Shown: one piece after another, positions 52,841-63,200 of the stretch
How positions within the stretch are numbered: the stretch's first letter is position 1
How the letters are laid out: each line of letters opens with the position of its first letter
Origin: Lama glama
Lineage: Eukaryota
Assembly: GCA_028534125.1 (NCBI GenBank)
Contig: CM052817.1
Coordinates: 81,594,001-81,658,000, forward strand
DNA length: 64,000 nucleotides
Direction: 5' to 3'
Position numbers and translations under genes: made by a program
Notes under the pieces: model-generated
Told to the model about the DNA's origin: nothing
Database searches by the model: none
What the model saw: only the letters and a program-made list of their open reading frames with translations

Positions 52841-53668
52841 AAACGAGACACTGCTTTATTTCATAGTATCCTTGGTGTATCTTTTGGAACGAAACAACAG
52901 CTTACTACCCCAGTAAAACCTCTGAAATATCTCAGGCACGTAGTCAACTTTGTTTGAGAAAACTTTTTCTGATCTTGTCAGCGTTCCATTTGAGGTACTG
53001 GCATAGCTACAGTGTAGGATAGAGAACCCACCAATATTTTAATCTGCTAAACTTTTAAATGACTTTCTATTTTATTTTTGTTTCCAACTTGGTTTCAATG
53101 GAACTTAAACTTACCTGCATAGTCCTCGTACAGATGGGCTTTTTATGGAGAGAGAGATTGAGGCTTATTCCATTTCTTGCTCACAGGTCTGGGACCTGTC
53201 ACTTGGTTTCCTTCCTCTGTGAAGCAGCATGAATGGACTGGAGAGAGACAGTGCCGGACATAACTGGATTAATGCCACCTTCATCACTTTAAAAAGACGT
53301 GGCTCTATTGTAAAAGCCTTGAGAAATATGTCTATTCAAAAGCATGTGCCTGCCTTCCTAGTTTAGCCACTGTTCCTAAGGGATTGGATTCAAATTTTAA
53401 TATTTACTGTATCCTTTTCCTCTCTGTATCAAGCAGGTTTACTTTTCCTCTGCACAAGTTCACTGAGATCAAACAGAGCAGTCCCAAATATTGCTCCATA
53501 AACAAGAAGATATTTATTCTCTAAGGAAAAGAAAACTTACTTCAATAATGTTAATATGTGCATCAAGCAATGGAGAAAGAAAAATTGGAGGCTAATGAAA
53601 ATATAGTCCAAGGTCATCATGATGATGAGAACCAGGTTTTACTTTGATCACTTTTATTTTTTCTGTAG

Positions 53669-54079
53669 TGTTGTAAGACAGTCTTCCATGGGTAGCTTGG
53701 TCTTTTATTGTTGCTTAATGTCCCCAAAGCACAGAGCCCTGAGTCATTTTTCAGGATTGTCTTTTCAGAGAGCAACCTTGAGGGATGAGTTATATAACCC
53801 ACTGGGACAATCCTTACTGCCTGCTAGAAAAGAACTGTATTCCCCAATCTCAGTGTTCTTCTATAATACAACCGCCATTGTTAAATGTGTCATCTGTCCC
53901 CTCGTCACCCTCGGCAGACTTGGGAACAAGAGGAACGGAAGCAAATATGCTGATGCTCATGCCACTTGCTGTGCTATGAGTAACAAATTCCTTTGTCTCC
54001 GGCCTGGCATCCAAAAAACAATGACAGACTAAATTTTTAGCTTGTAAGGATAAATTAAAATTAAATCTCAGAGGCAAAA
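53669..54079 (+). mobile_element. 5' LTR, LTR40-like (ERVL)
   Basis: Contains gagcaaccttgagggatgag, cttactgcctgctagaaaag, ttccccaatctcagtgttc and atatgctgatgctcatgccacttgctgtgctatgagtaacaaa, matching the recalled LTR40 consensus. Confidence 0.8.
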
Positions 54080-54082
54080 GTT

Positions 54083-54101
54083 TGCACAACGAGGATGGGA
54101 T
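54083..54101 (+). promoter_or_regulatory. Retroviral primer-binding site, tRNA-Ser(GCU)-type
   Basis: acgaggatgggat (54089-54101) directly follows the LTR and equals the last 13 nt of TGGCGACGAGGATGGGAT, the complement of the tRNA-Ser(GCU) 3' end. Confidence 0.7.
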
Positions 54102-55199
54102 CCTGACTAAGATGACTTTCTGGAAGAGGAGGTACAAGGCCACACAAACAAAGTTCAGAGTTAGGAGGAGACACCCCAAGATCTGACAGAGAATGCTTTC
54201 ACCCAAGTGGTGGGAAAAGGAGAAGACAGTAGTCTTCCAACTGCTAATGAGACTGAGCAGCGACAAGTAGAATTGAAGCAACAAGCTACCCAAATGGAAT
54301 CCAGTGGTTGTTCGCTCTCCTCTGAGTAGGAGCAGGAAGAAATACTGTAATGGGGCAGCGAGCCCTACGGCCCCAGCAGGTAGACGAGGCAGCTGAGGAT
54401 GGTAAGTCTGGGTCCTCAAAGCTGAGAAATTGTATCAGCGACAAGAAGCTCAGGTGAACCGAAGATACAGGGGTCTCTGTGGTTGGGTTGTGATCTGCTG
54501 TCATGCCTCTTAGAACCAAAAGTAAATGAAAAGTGTCCTGCCTATGAGCATGGAGCTACTCCTTCACACAGTAGCCCCTGATCCCTCCTCTCTCCTTCTG
54601 CTTTGACCTCAGCTGTTTTTAGGAGAAAGATCATTATCAGAGTTGGGGCCAGGATCTTAGACCTCTCCTCTAAAGGGAGCAAAAGCAAATTGTACATGTC
54701 TGAGTACGTTGGGGAGCTTCGGAGAGGGGCGGACCTCAGCGTCTTATTTGATCCATGCATCAAAATCACTTCCTACCCACTCTGTTAGGCAGAGGAGGAA
54801 ACTGAATTCAACCAACAGAGTGAGGGAGAAAGTCACTGTGGGGCAGAGATGTTAAAAATGCCCTTGTGGACGCGTGCTTCCAGCTGACTCAATTCACTGC
54901 TGCAGGGGCTCTGACATCTGCGTGGACCGTTGAATTCAAGTGTTACACACAGCTACGTCCTGTCCCATCAGGGTTACAGAGAATTCTCCTTTTCAAAGAC
55001 TGCCACGGGGGAACAATGATAGTGGGACAAATCAATCACATCTCCCCTCCTGTTTAACCCTCCTCCTTCGCCCCTCCTAGCTGGTCAAGTAGAAACAAAA
55101 TGAACTACAAGAAAGAGGAATGAAAATCACAGTTTTAGTTAAAGACTTAGTGGTTGCAAGAGTACTCAGAGAAGCTGCTTCCCAGAAGAGCAGTGCCTG

Positions 55200-56110
55200 C
55201 CAGATGCCGGTTCCAATTCTACCCCTTTTTTCCTAAAAAGGCACATTTTAACCTGCTGCTAAACTTTTGTTGAAGCTGTACCCATGACTCTTGGAGGCTT
55301 GTACCTCTAGACTGACATCCTTATTTGGGGGTGCATCAACTTGAGCTCAGTGACTAACAAAATGGAAAGTACTCAGTGGGCTTTACTGGTTAAACAGGCA
55401 CAGTATATTCAAGAGTGAAACTGGCCTGACCCTTTGCTGAGTACATGTGGCTACTCCTTTAAGGAAACTTTATCCCCTACTCGATTGTCTGAAGAAATGC
55501 CACTGGCTCAATAAGGACCTCATGCACAGAATTTCTGCTAGATGCCTGAGCGTTGTCCACTGATAATTCATTCATCAGTGAAAGCTAATAGTGTGCATCG
55601 GATAGGAGCCGCAACCTCGCCGCGTGACAGCCCTGAAGACCAACTGCGGTAAGACTGGTCAGCACAATGGGTTGAACTGAAAGCTGTGACCCTTGCTTTA
55701 GACAGTACTCCAGTGGATCATGTTATATTTTTATATGCTGTTACACATAACGTGCATACATATAACAGGCATATTTTTACTAACTCTGAAGCTGCTGCCA
55801 ATGGCCTAGCCATCTGTTCTACTACTTGGAAGACTACAAAATGGCAGATTAAAGATGATCTTCTTTATGGGCTGCAAAATGTAGGAGGCAACTTTGGTTG
55901 CTCATCTGACAGTCTGGGCTGTATGTGTGGATGCTTACAGTGCTGGCCTGTTCTTTGATGAGACTGAATGGAATCAGTTCTCAATCAAGCCTGCATTCCT
56001 CACTGGTACCACAGATACCTAGATGCCTCGTCCCCTAAGGCATGACTATTTCCACCGTCAGAAACTGGACACAATGTAGAAGGTCAAATGTTTCTGAATC
56101 CGAAGCTAAC
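55200..56110 (+). pseudogene. pol: ERVL pol remnant: connection domain, RNase H and start of integrase
   Basis: Translates to TQWALLVKQAQYIQE, SAQWVELKAVTLALDSTP and HIFTNSEAAANGLAICSTTWKTTKWQIKD, matching the ERVL RNase H pattern AQWAEL..V..AL...YIFTDSWAVANGLA.WS..WK...W.I. Followed by DETEWNQ and STVRNWTQ...VSESEA. Multiple stops and frameshifts. Confidence 0.8.
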
Positions 56111-56494
56111 TGTAGTAAAGACTCCATTTTTGGATCTCTGGTGACAGCTTTTGAGGGTCATCCTTCATTCCTCCGTCTCTGCCCTACATCTGGTCACTCT
56201 GAAGAGAAAGCCTGCGTGACCCCTCCTTTGATTCTGGCAGGAAGTTCACACCACCCACAGGAACCCCCATCCTGGCCTCACCACCCAACCATCCCAAAAC
56301 TCCCAAGCCAGTCTCCTTCCCTGCTCTCTCAAGCCACTTTAGGACCTGCTTGAGAGCCACCTTGCTCTCCCTCGAAACTCTTGTCATATGAGTAATAAAA
56401 CTTCTCATATCTTCTTGGCGTCATCAGGGCAAACATCCAAAGAAAACTGGTGGGCAGGGAGATCTATCTCTGTCTCTGTAGCCTCTTCAGAACA
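56111..56494 (+). mobile_element. LTR52-like ERVL LTR nested in the provirus pol
   Basis: Starts tgtagtaaagactccattttt; contains ccaagccagtctccttccctgctctctcaagccac and gagtaataaaacttctcata; ends ...gaaca. Matches the recalled LTR52 consensus. Followed by a degenerate PBS-like tggagaagagagcagg. Confidence 0.7.
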
Positions 56495-56685
56495 GCTGGA
56501 GAAGAGAGCAGGTGGGTGTCCAGACAAGACCGCCACCTCTCAGTGTCTCCCTTCTCTTTCCTGGCCTTGCTCACAGCTGGTGAGCGTGCTCTTTGAGCCG
56601 TGCTGCTGCTGGCTGACAAGCTTGCACTTTAATTTGGGCTGTTTTATGCTGCACTTACTGAATTCTACTGAGCCTCTGGTATAGC

Positions 56686-57209
56686 TGTAACTGATCCAAG
56701 TCAGAAGTCTGGGTAATTGGAATTTGGGAACAGGAATTTGAGCTTGGAATCCCCCTTTAAATAGCTCTGGGTTGTGGTGTCTCGGCACAGACCTATCTGT
56801 GTGTATCAGATTGGACTGGGTATCTCGACTCCAGCATAAACTGTGCCTGGGAATGCCTGTGCTCAGGGGAATGACTCTTCCTCTGTAACCACTGGTTGCA
56901 CGTCTCAGCCAGGCACTGGTCCTAGTTGTAGGGAGCTCAAGCGAAAGTCTGATCTCCTGTGTAACATGGCCCCACCCGTGGTTGCTGGTGTGGAAGACGA
57001 ATAGCAACCATGTGACACTCTGAAGACTTCCTCCTAAAAGCAGATGACTGACTGAGACCTCACAAAATGCCTTTTCTGTAGCTGCTGTCTGTGCATCTGT
57101 CACCAGAAAAGAGCCTGGTACTTAAGGTTATAGGGATTGTCCTAGGACCCCTGTGGCATGTCACAGGGTTGATTCAAACATTGCCTCCTGAGGGTATCTA
57201 CTCCTAACA
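56686..57209. mobile_element. Probable further LTR-type element, family and orientation uncertain
   Basis: Bounded by tgtaac... and ...ctcctaaca (TG...CA termini); GC-richer than its flanks. No TSD found. Confidence 0.3.
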
Positions 57210-57479
57210 ATTTTGAGCCAAGGCTCTGTGGAGAAAGGAACTTCTAAATATGAGCAAGGGAGAGAGGATTTCTCCAAAATGTATCCAGTGCCAACAACAA
57301 CAACAACAAAAACCAAAAGGAATGAAGAAAAAGGAAGAAAGGAAGGAAAGAAGAAACCTAGACACAGATGGAAAAACAATAAAAACAAATTGAAACAGAG
57401 GTCCACAAAACTTGGCCCCAGTGGAAATCCAAAATTTACTAAAAGAATTTATACAGTAAAAATGAAGACACTGGCTGCC

Positions 57480-57516
57480 TTTTTTTTTTTTCTTTTTCTT
57501 TTTTTTTTTTTTTTTT
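57480..57516 (+). repeat. Interrupted poly(T) tract
   Basis: Read directly from the sequence; lies inside the provirus interval. Confidence 0.9.
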
Positions 57517-57544
57517 GCTTCTAACATATATTCTGAATTAGCTG

Positions 57545-57793
57545 TCACACCTACTTGCTGGTATTATCTGGAGCCTTCTTGCCGTACCTGCACACCCTTC
57601 TGCCACTGCTGGATTTGGGGACGAGGAGAACTGAGACACATATGTTGATGCTCATACTGCCTGTTGTGCCTTAACCAGTAACATTTTGTGTCTGCGCTGG
57701 GAGTTGTGTATCTTCTGGCAGCACCCATGGAACAGTAACAGACCAACACATTAGCATATAAGTATAAGGTAAAACCAAATCCTAGACTCAACA
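57545..57793 (+). mobile_element. 3' LTR (3' half), LTR40-like
   Basis: ttggggacgaggagaactgagacacatatgttgatgctcatactgcctgttgtgcc parallels cttgggaacaagaggaacggaagcaaatatgctgatgctcatgccacttgctgtgct in the 5' LTR; the end parallels the LTR40 3' terminus. Confidence 0.7.
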
Positions 57794-60700
57794 TGTAATA
57801 CTAGACACATTCTGAAGCCAGTTCTTTTCAACTCAGCTACTAGTTGGTCTACATATTAGATACAATTTCTACTCTAGTCACCAGCATGCAGGAAAGGACT
57901 GGGTTATCAGCTGTCTGTCGATCTTTGGGTAAGAGTGTAAGAAAGCATCCTGAGCTGGAATCTGTCGCTGAATTACAACTGCTAGGAGCAGACCTGGGTG
58001 GTTAACAGCAGTTAGAATTAATAACACCCAATGAATTCAAAGCAGAGGGAAATAATACTCACCCATGCTTTCTCTTTGTACAGTAGGTCCAAAAATTTCT
58101 CCTTGGGCTGGAAATCAGATTTGTTTTCCTGGTTACAAAGACTGGCTTACTCAGACAATTGGATAGGTGACCATCTTGACTCAGACTTCAGGGAAAAAAG
58201 TCAAATTTTGTATACACATAGGTATTTACCAAACTTTGACACTAGTCTTACAAGCTATTAAGGCAGCTTTTAAAACAATACTGAACTTTCCTTGAAAATG
58301 GGGTCAAAATATCAATTCCAATAAAATTAAATCATTATTTGAATATTTACTATAAACTGGGAACTATATTGCTACATGTATTTTTTTTTCATGTATTCCA
58401 TTAAAAGAATCTTATAAAATACAGACTGGTGTGTCCAAATCCCAGAAGATGAGATTGGGGTTAGCAAGTTTATGCAATGTGGTGATAGTTCAGTGGTAAT
58501 ATGTAGTAGAACTTGTATTTGAAGTAAAATATTCCTGGTATTAAACCTCTTTATTTAAGCAGACACTATTAAAATTGGTTTATTTGAAATTAAATTATAC
58601 AAGGCTTGTAAATGGCTTCAAAATGAAAAAGAGTAGGACAAGAAATTCTTAGCACCCTCTTACTTCTTCCCCAAACTCTCAACTGTGTACAGGAGAAAGT
58701 GAAAGAGGCAGGGAGGGGAGAGAGAGACCAAGTGTGGAAGAAAGGGATTAAACTCTAAGAAATATGACTTCTACTGCTTGAATGATAAGACAGTATGATT
58801 CCCTTAATCAATCATTGATTTCACTTATAGTTTCCCTTTACTGCATTTCATAAAATAGGCAGTTTTAAAAATTATCGTCAGAACACATCTTAAGAATGGA
58901 GAGTAATACATACTTTTATAGCCTTGAAGATTTCCTCCAGGTGTGAAAATATAAAATAACCAGATTTTATTTTTTATCTAGATAAATTTTTATTTTAGAA
59001 TGAAAAAAAAACATGTTACAGATAAGACATCAAAAAGGACACAGGAGCCAACCTGTGGGCATGGAAGCAAAACTTCAGAACAGAGTACAGGTGTACTTGT
59101 GAGAGAAGCCACTCTCACTTCCACCCTTTGATTCTTTGATTTAAAGGTTTACCCACTTCAAGGAGGCAGAAGACTTCCATGACAGGTGACTGCAGCTTAA
59201 GGAATCCCCAGTGGTTAGATTTGAATTCAAGAGCATGGTGCCCACATTCTTAACTATTAATGTGCTTCTCCGTGTGTTATAACACTTTTTGGGGGTGGCC
59301 AAATGAGTAGAGACAGAATTAATTGCTTTGCCAACCACATCAACTGTTGTTAAGTACTTGAACTTCATGTTTGGGATGGTGTGCATTAGGTTTGTCATCA
59401 AATATTCCTAGAAGTTTAATTTCCTCTAGATCCAGTAAAGATTTAATGAAGAACAAATTTGTGTTTAGTGGTGAGAAAAACACAGTGTACTATAAATGAC
59501 TATTAAAAGCTTTTACATGCAAAAAAAATCTAAAATTGGCAGATGAATATTTTTTCTACAAGAAGACTCTTTGGTTTTTTAAAGTAAGAAGTGCCATTTC
59601 TCATGCCATAGTTTAGTATTTTTCTCTAATATGTTAGGTTTAGAGAAAGAAGCTCAACAAAATATCTAAACTTTTAACAAGTATCCAGATTGGAAACCTA
59701 GAGATTACTTTTCATAGTTCATTAATAAGAACTTTGATTCTTCACACTATCATAAAAATTGTTTTTCTATCTATAGTAACAATAAAAAATTTATTTTTCC
59801 CATCTGGAAAATTGAGATTATAATACCAACTTTACAGTCTATTGAGAGGATTAGGGAATACAGATGTGCATGGAAACGTTCTCCAAGATGAATTTGAAGA
59901 AAGAGTAGGAGTGGAACAGATGAAGGGGCCAATGGACCTTCATACGTAAAGCTCGGATATAAGAAAGATCATGATGCTCTTAAAAAATAAACTGATGAAC
60001 CAATGCTGATTTATAAGGGATTGGGTGCTCTTCTTTTCAGTGACCTGAAGGATGATCTAGCTATTCAGGGTCTTTTCTCTCTCCAGGATGCTGGAGATAC
60101 ATTATTTCATTCAGTTCCTAAATGCTGTATGAATTTTAGCTGCAGTAAAAAAGCATTTCTGCTGCTTAGGAGTCTCCACCTATTCAGTAAATAATATTCT
60201 TCATATAAGATTGTGATACTTTCCCCATAAAGATATTTTACATCACAGCTTCTTCAATAACAAAGACCAGGGAATGTGGTTTTAACCCCCTTCTCACGAT
60301 TTTCACACTGGCTGACAGTTGGCAAGTATGGTCCTTTCACCAAGACAATGGGAATTATTAATACCTACCCCAGAGACTGGTTATGTTGAATTAGATAATG
60401 TATAAACAAATTGTCAGGTAGAAAACTCCTATTTAACTCCCCCAACCTTCTTACAAAGGAAATACAAAACTGTGCTCCTCTACCCATGTTAGTACACACA
60501 ATGTCTGGAATATATTATTCCTGATTTTGTGTTTATGATTTATATTATCATGATTTGTTTTGTATGGCTTCCTGGAAGCAGAGTTAGACCAAAACAGCAT
60601 GTAGCCACTGTGCTACAACTTATGGTGCAGAACAACTCAAACACATGTAGAGAACATTCTGAGATGAGAAAAGGGATGCCCTTTGTGCATTACGAATCTT

Positions 60701-61364
60701 ACGCACAAGAGGATGGGAAAGACAGACTCATTATAAAATGCTGAGTTAAAAGAACAAAACGATGAACAAAAGGTCTCCCTAGCGCATCAGTGGAAAGAGT
60801 AACAGCTTATATGTAGTCTGTAAATAGCCGCAGTGACAGGAGACGGCAAATAACGTCAGATCATTTTAGACGACAAATTGACATATCCTTATCACACACT
60901 AACCGTAAAAAGCAATCATCTCTGAACTAGAAACTAAGAATTGCTGCCAAAGAAATTTGGCCCTGAAGCTGTGACGGCCAAGGTGGAGTAGATGTAGTGG
61001 TATAAACATAAATCCATTAAAAAAAAAAAAAAAACCTTAAAAGCGTCTAGAATGCCTTGACATAGGAACAGGGCATGGTGTTCCGTAGATGCACACATCA
61101 GTAATCTAACCTTTGCTTTATTAGGAAATACACAGAGTATGAACCGATAGGTGCAACTATGTTCTTAAAACCAACCCCAAGTAAATCAAGAAAACCCTCT
61201 CACCTCCCTTTTTTCTGGTAAATGGCTTGAGGGTTCTGACATCCTGTACTAAATTCTCCTAAGACATTTCTCTATTATCCGACCCTCTTATTAACTAGAA
61301 AGGTTTAGTTTTAAATAGTAAACAAGATATAAAACAACCTTCCTTCCAAATTTTATTCTTTCCC

Positions 61365-61750
61365 CTCGTCACCTTTGGTGAAAATGAAAAGTCTGTTTCT
61401 GGACCATTGATTCTATCATTTTATCTACATACCTATTTTAATGCCAATGACATTTACTTGATTACTGATTGATTTATAACAAACCTTGATAAATCTTGAT
61501 TATTTATAATAAATCCTCCACATTGTTCTTTTTTTTTTTTAAACTGATTTTGCTACTCTAGATCCTTTGCATTTTCAAATAAATTTTACATTCATCTTAC
61601 TAATTCCTACACAAAACCAGGTGGGATAGTAATTGGAATTACATTGCAAAATAAATCGAACAAATTGGGAAGGATCCATATAGTAATATCACTGTAATTT
61701 CCAGTCTGTGAAAATAGTTTATTTCTTCATGCATTTAGCTATTCTCCATC
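61365..61750 (-). mobile_element. Ancient L1M ORF2 fragment adjoining the retrocopy tail
   Basis: gtctgtttctggaccattgattctatc, gatcctttgcattttcaaataaatttta, gggatagtaattggaattacattg. Confidence 0.65.
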
Positions 61751-61755
61751 TGTTC

Positions 61756-63200
61756 TTTTTTTAAATTTATCAAGTTAATTTTTTTTATTATGGATATTGT
61801 TATAGCAGAATGTAAAAATTAAATGATAAAATCTTCTTCTAAGAGTACAATTTAACTTCATCTTTAAAACGTTCATCTGTTTTTTAAAAAACTATACATA
61901 CTCAGGTAAAAAAAGGCCTTTGATTTAAACTTATGACTTCAGAATTAAACTCTAGAAATAAATGCTATGGCCATCTAAAAGTTTATATTGAAAAACTGCA
62001 TACATTTTCAAATTATAATGCAATATTTGTACACAGAATAACTATATATATATTTCACTTATATTGCTGATATATAATAATTACCCAAACTGCCTTGAGA
62101 AATGAGGCTTAATATAGATTCAAACTAAGTAGATCAGTCTTGATTACAACATTTCTTTCACAACTAATAAGAAATAATCCAAACATTTGCTGAATATAAA
62201 AAATGTCCCATGCTTCGTGGTATGTTCTGGAAATTCCAGTATATTTTAGATGAGAGATGTTGACCGTGAAGGAGTTCACTTCTGTGCTGAGGTGTAAGGT
62301 TGGAGGAACTCCGGTCCAAAGGAGGGCATTGCCCTCCCTCCACTGTCCTCAGTGCAGCTCAGGTGGAGAGCTGACTCAGTGAGTGAGTGCAGCCTGGCAG
62401 CTTGGGAGGCCTGAGTTGGGGGGAGGGAAGAGCACGGCTTCAACACAAGGGCCCACTCCTGGGAAAGGGACCATCAGGACTTGGTGCTTGGCTGGTTTGT
62501 AAAAGCCCCTTGTGATGTGCTGATTCTCATGACCTCTTCCAGAAACTTGAGCACTTTTAGCACCTCCGCCATCTCTTCTCGTACAGACTGCAGGGATCTC
62601 TCTTTCTTCAGTTCTTGGACCGGAAAATTGAACTTTCTGTAAGTGTCAGCAAGGCTGGGTATACTTACTGGCTCCTTCTCTAGCCTGGCATTTTTTAAAG
62701 TTGTCTCCATCTTGGCAAACTCCCTTTTAGCCACACAGATGAGGTGGCATTTCTCCGCAGTCTGTGCAGTCAGTGCTTTTGCCAGGTGCTTCTCATGTCT
62801 TCCATTAAGTTGACTTCAACAGACTGAATAAGTCTGAAAGAAGCAAGACACCCACCAATAAGCTGAGGACAGGCAGACTCGACACTGTCTCCCAGTGGAG
62901 GCTCTGGAACATGAGCTGAGAACACAGGCCACTGGGCAGCAGCAACACCAGGACCGCACTCAGCTTCCTAAGGATCAGCCCAAAGCCAAGCTCCACAGAG
63001 GACGGCAGCCCCTCCAGGGCACTGACCCACCCAGGGCTCTGCCCGGTTACCGTGGACCCACCTGCACAACAAGCCCCAGGGGACACCCCAACAGTCTACC
63101 TGGAGCCCAACCAGCAGCTGACATCCTGGATTAGTCAGTATTCTGGTCAGTGTCGGTGGGGAGGAAGAAGGGGTTGTCAGAGGAGAGGGTTGTAACTAAA
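61756..63200 (-). pseudogene. Full extent of the cTAGE/MIA2-like retrocopy: GC-rich 5' leader, coding remnant, AT-rich 3' UTR, poly(A) remnant
   Basis: GC-rich leader 63018-~63190; AT-rich tail 61790-62260; AATAAA on the minus strand (tttatt 61784-61789) about 22 nt before a T7 run (61756-61762); abuts an old L1 fragment on the left. Confidence 0.6.
62474..63017 (-). pseudogene. cTAGE5/MIA2-like processed pseudogene, N-terminal transmembrane and first coiled-coil region
   Basis: Joining the two minus ORFs and the sequence between them gives (L)EGLPSSVELGFGLILRKLSAVLVLLLPSGLCSQLMFQSLHWETV...VLLL/RLIQSV/SQLNGRHEKHLAKALTAQTAEKCHLICVAKREFAKMETTLKNARLEKEPVSIPSLADTYRKFN..QELKKERSLQSVREEMAEVLKVLKFLEE. 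This is colinear with the recalled human cTAGE5 N-terminus (MEEPGATPQPYLGLLLEELRRVVAALPEG...PWELV...WRSFRSVRSRLYVGREKKLA...EEKSKLL...VQKEY..ESSLKDASFEKE...SLEATCEKLN...[28 protein letters not shown]). No introns; the start position reads gccCTGgag (63015-63017); frameshift(s) at ~62815-62845. Confidence 0.8.

Larger units (their letters stand above)
53669..57793 (+). mobile_element. Decayed class III ERV provirus (LTR40/HERVL40-like), internally deleted, with nested insertions
   Basis: 5' LTR starts tgttgtaagacag (53669). A related 3' LTR half ends ...cctagactcaaca (57793). Flanks tgtag / tgtaa form a 5-bp TSD (4/5 match). A PBS and pol remnants lie between the LTRs. Confidence 0.75.

Noticed and set aside
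53850..54419. 189-aa minus-strand ORF
   Set aside because: Antisense across the LTR40-like LTR and leader; no recognisable protein features; chance ORF.
56540..57103. 187-aa minus-strand ORF
   Set aside because: Lies in LTR-derived sequence, and I recognise no retroviral or cellular motifs in it.
57161..57548. Lys-rich and Phe-rich ORFs
   Set aside because: Artefacts of A-rich and poly(T) low-complexity tracts.
62474..62734. TACC-type coiled-coil interpretation of the ORF
   Set aside because: Only a short SDLF resemblance nearby. The upstream TM segment and colinear motifs fit cTAGE5/MIA2 far better.
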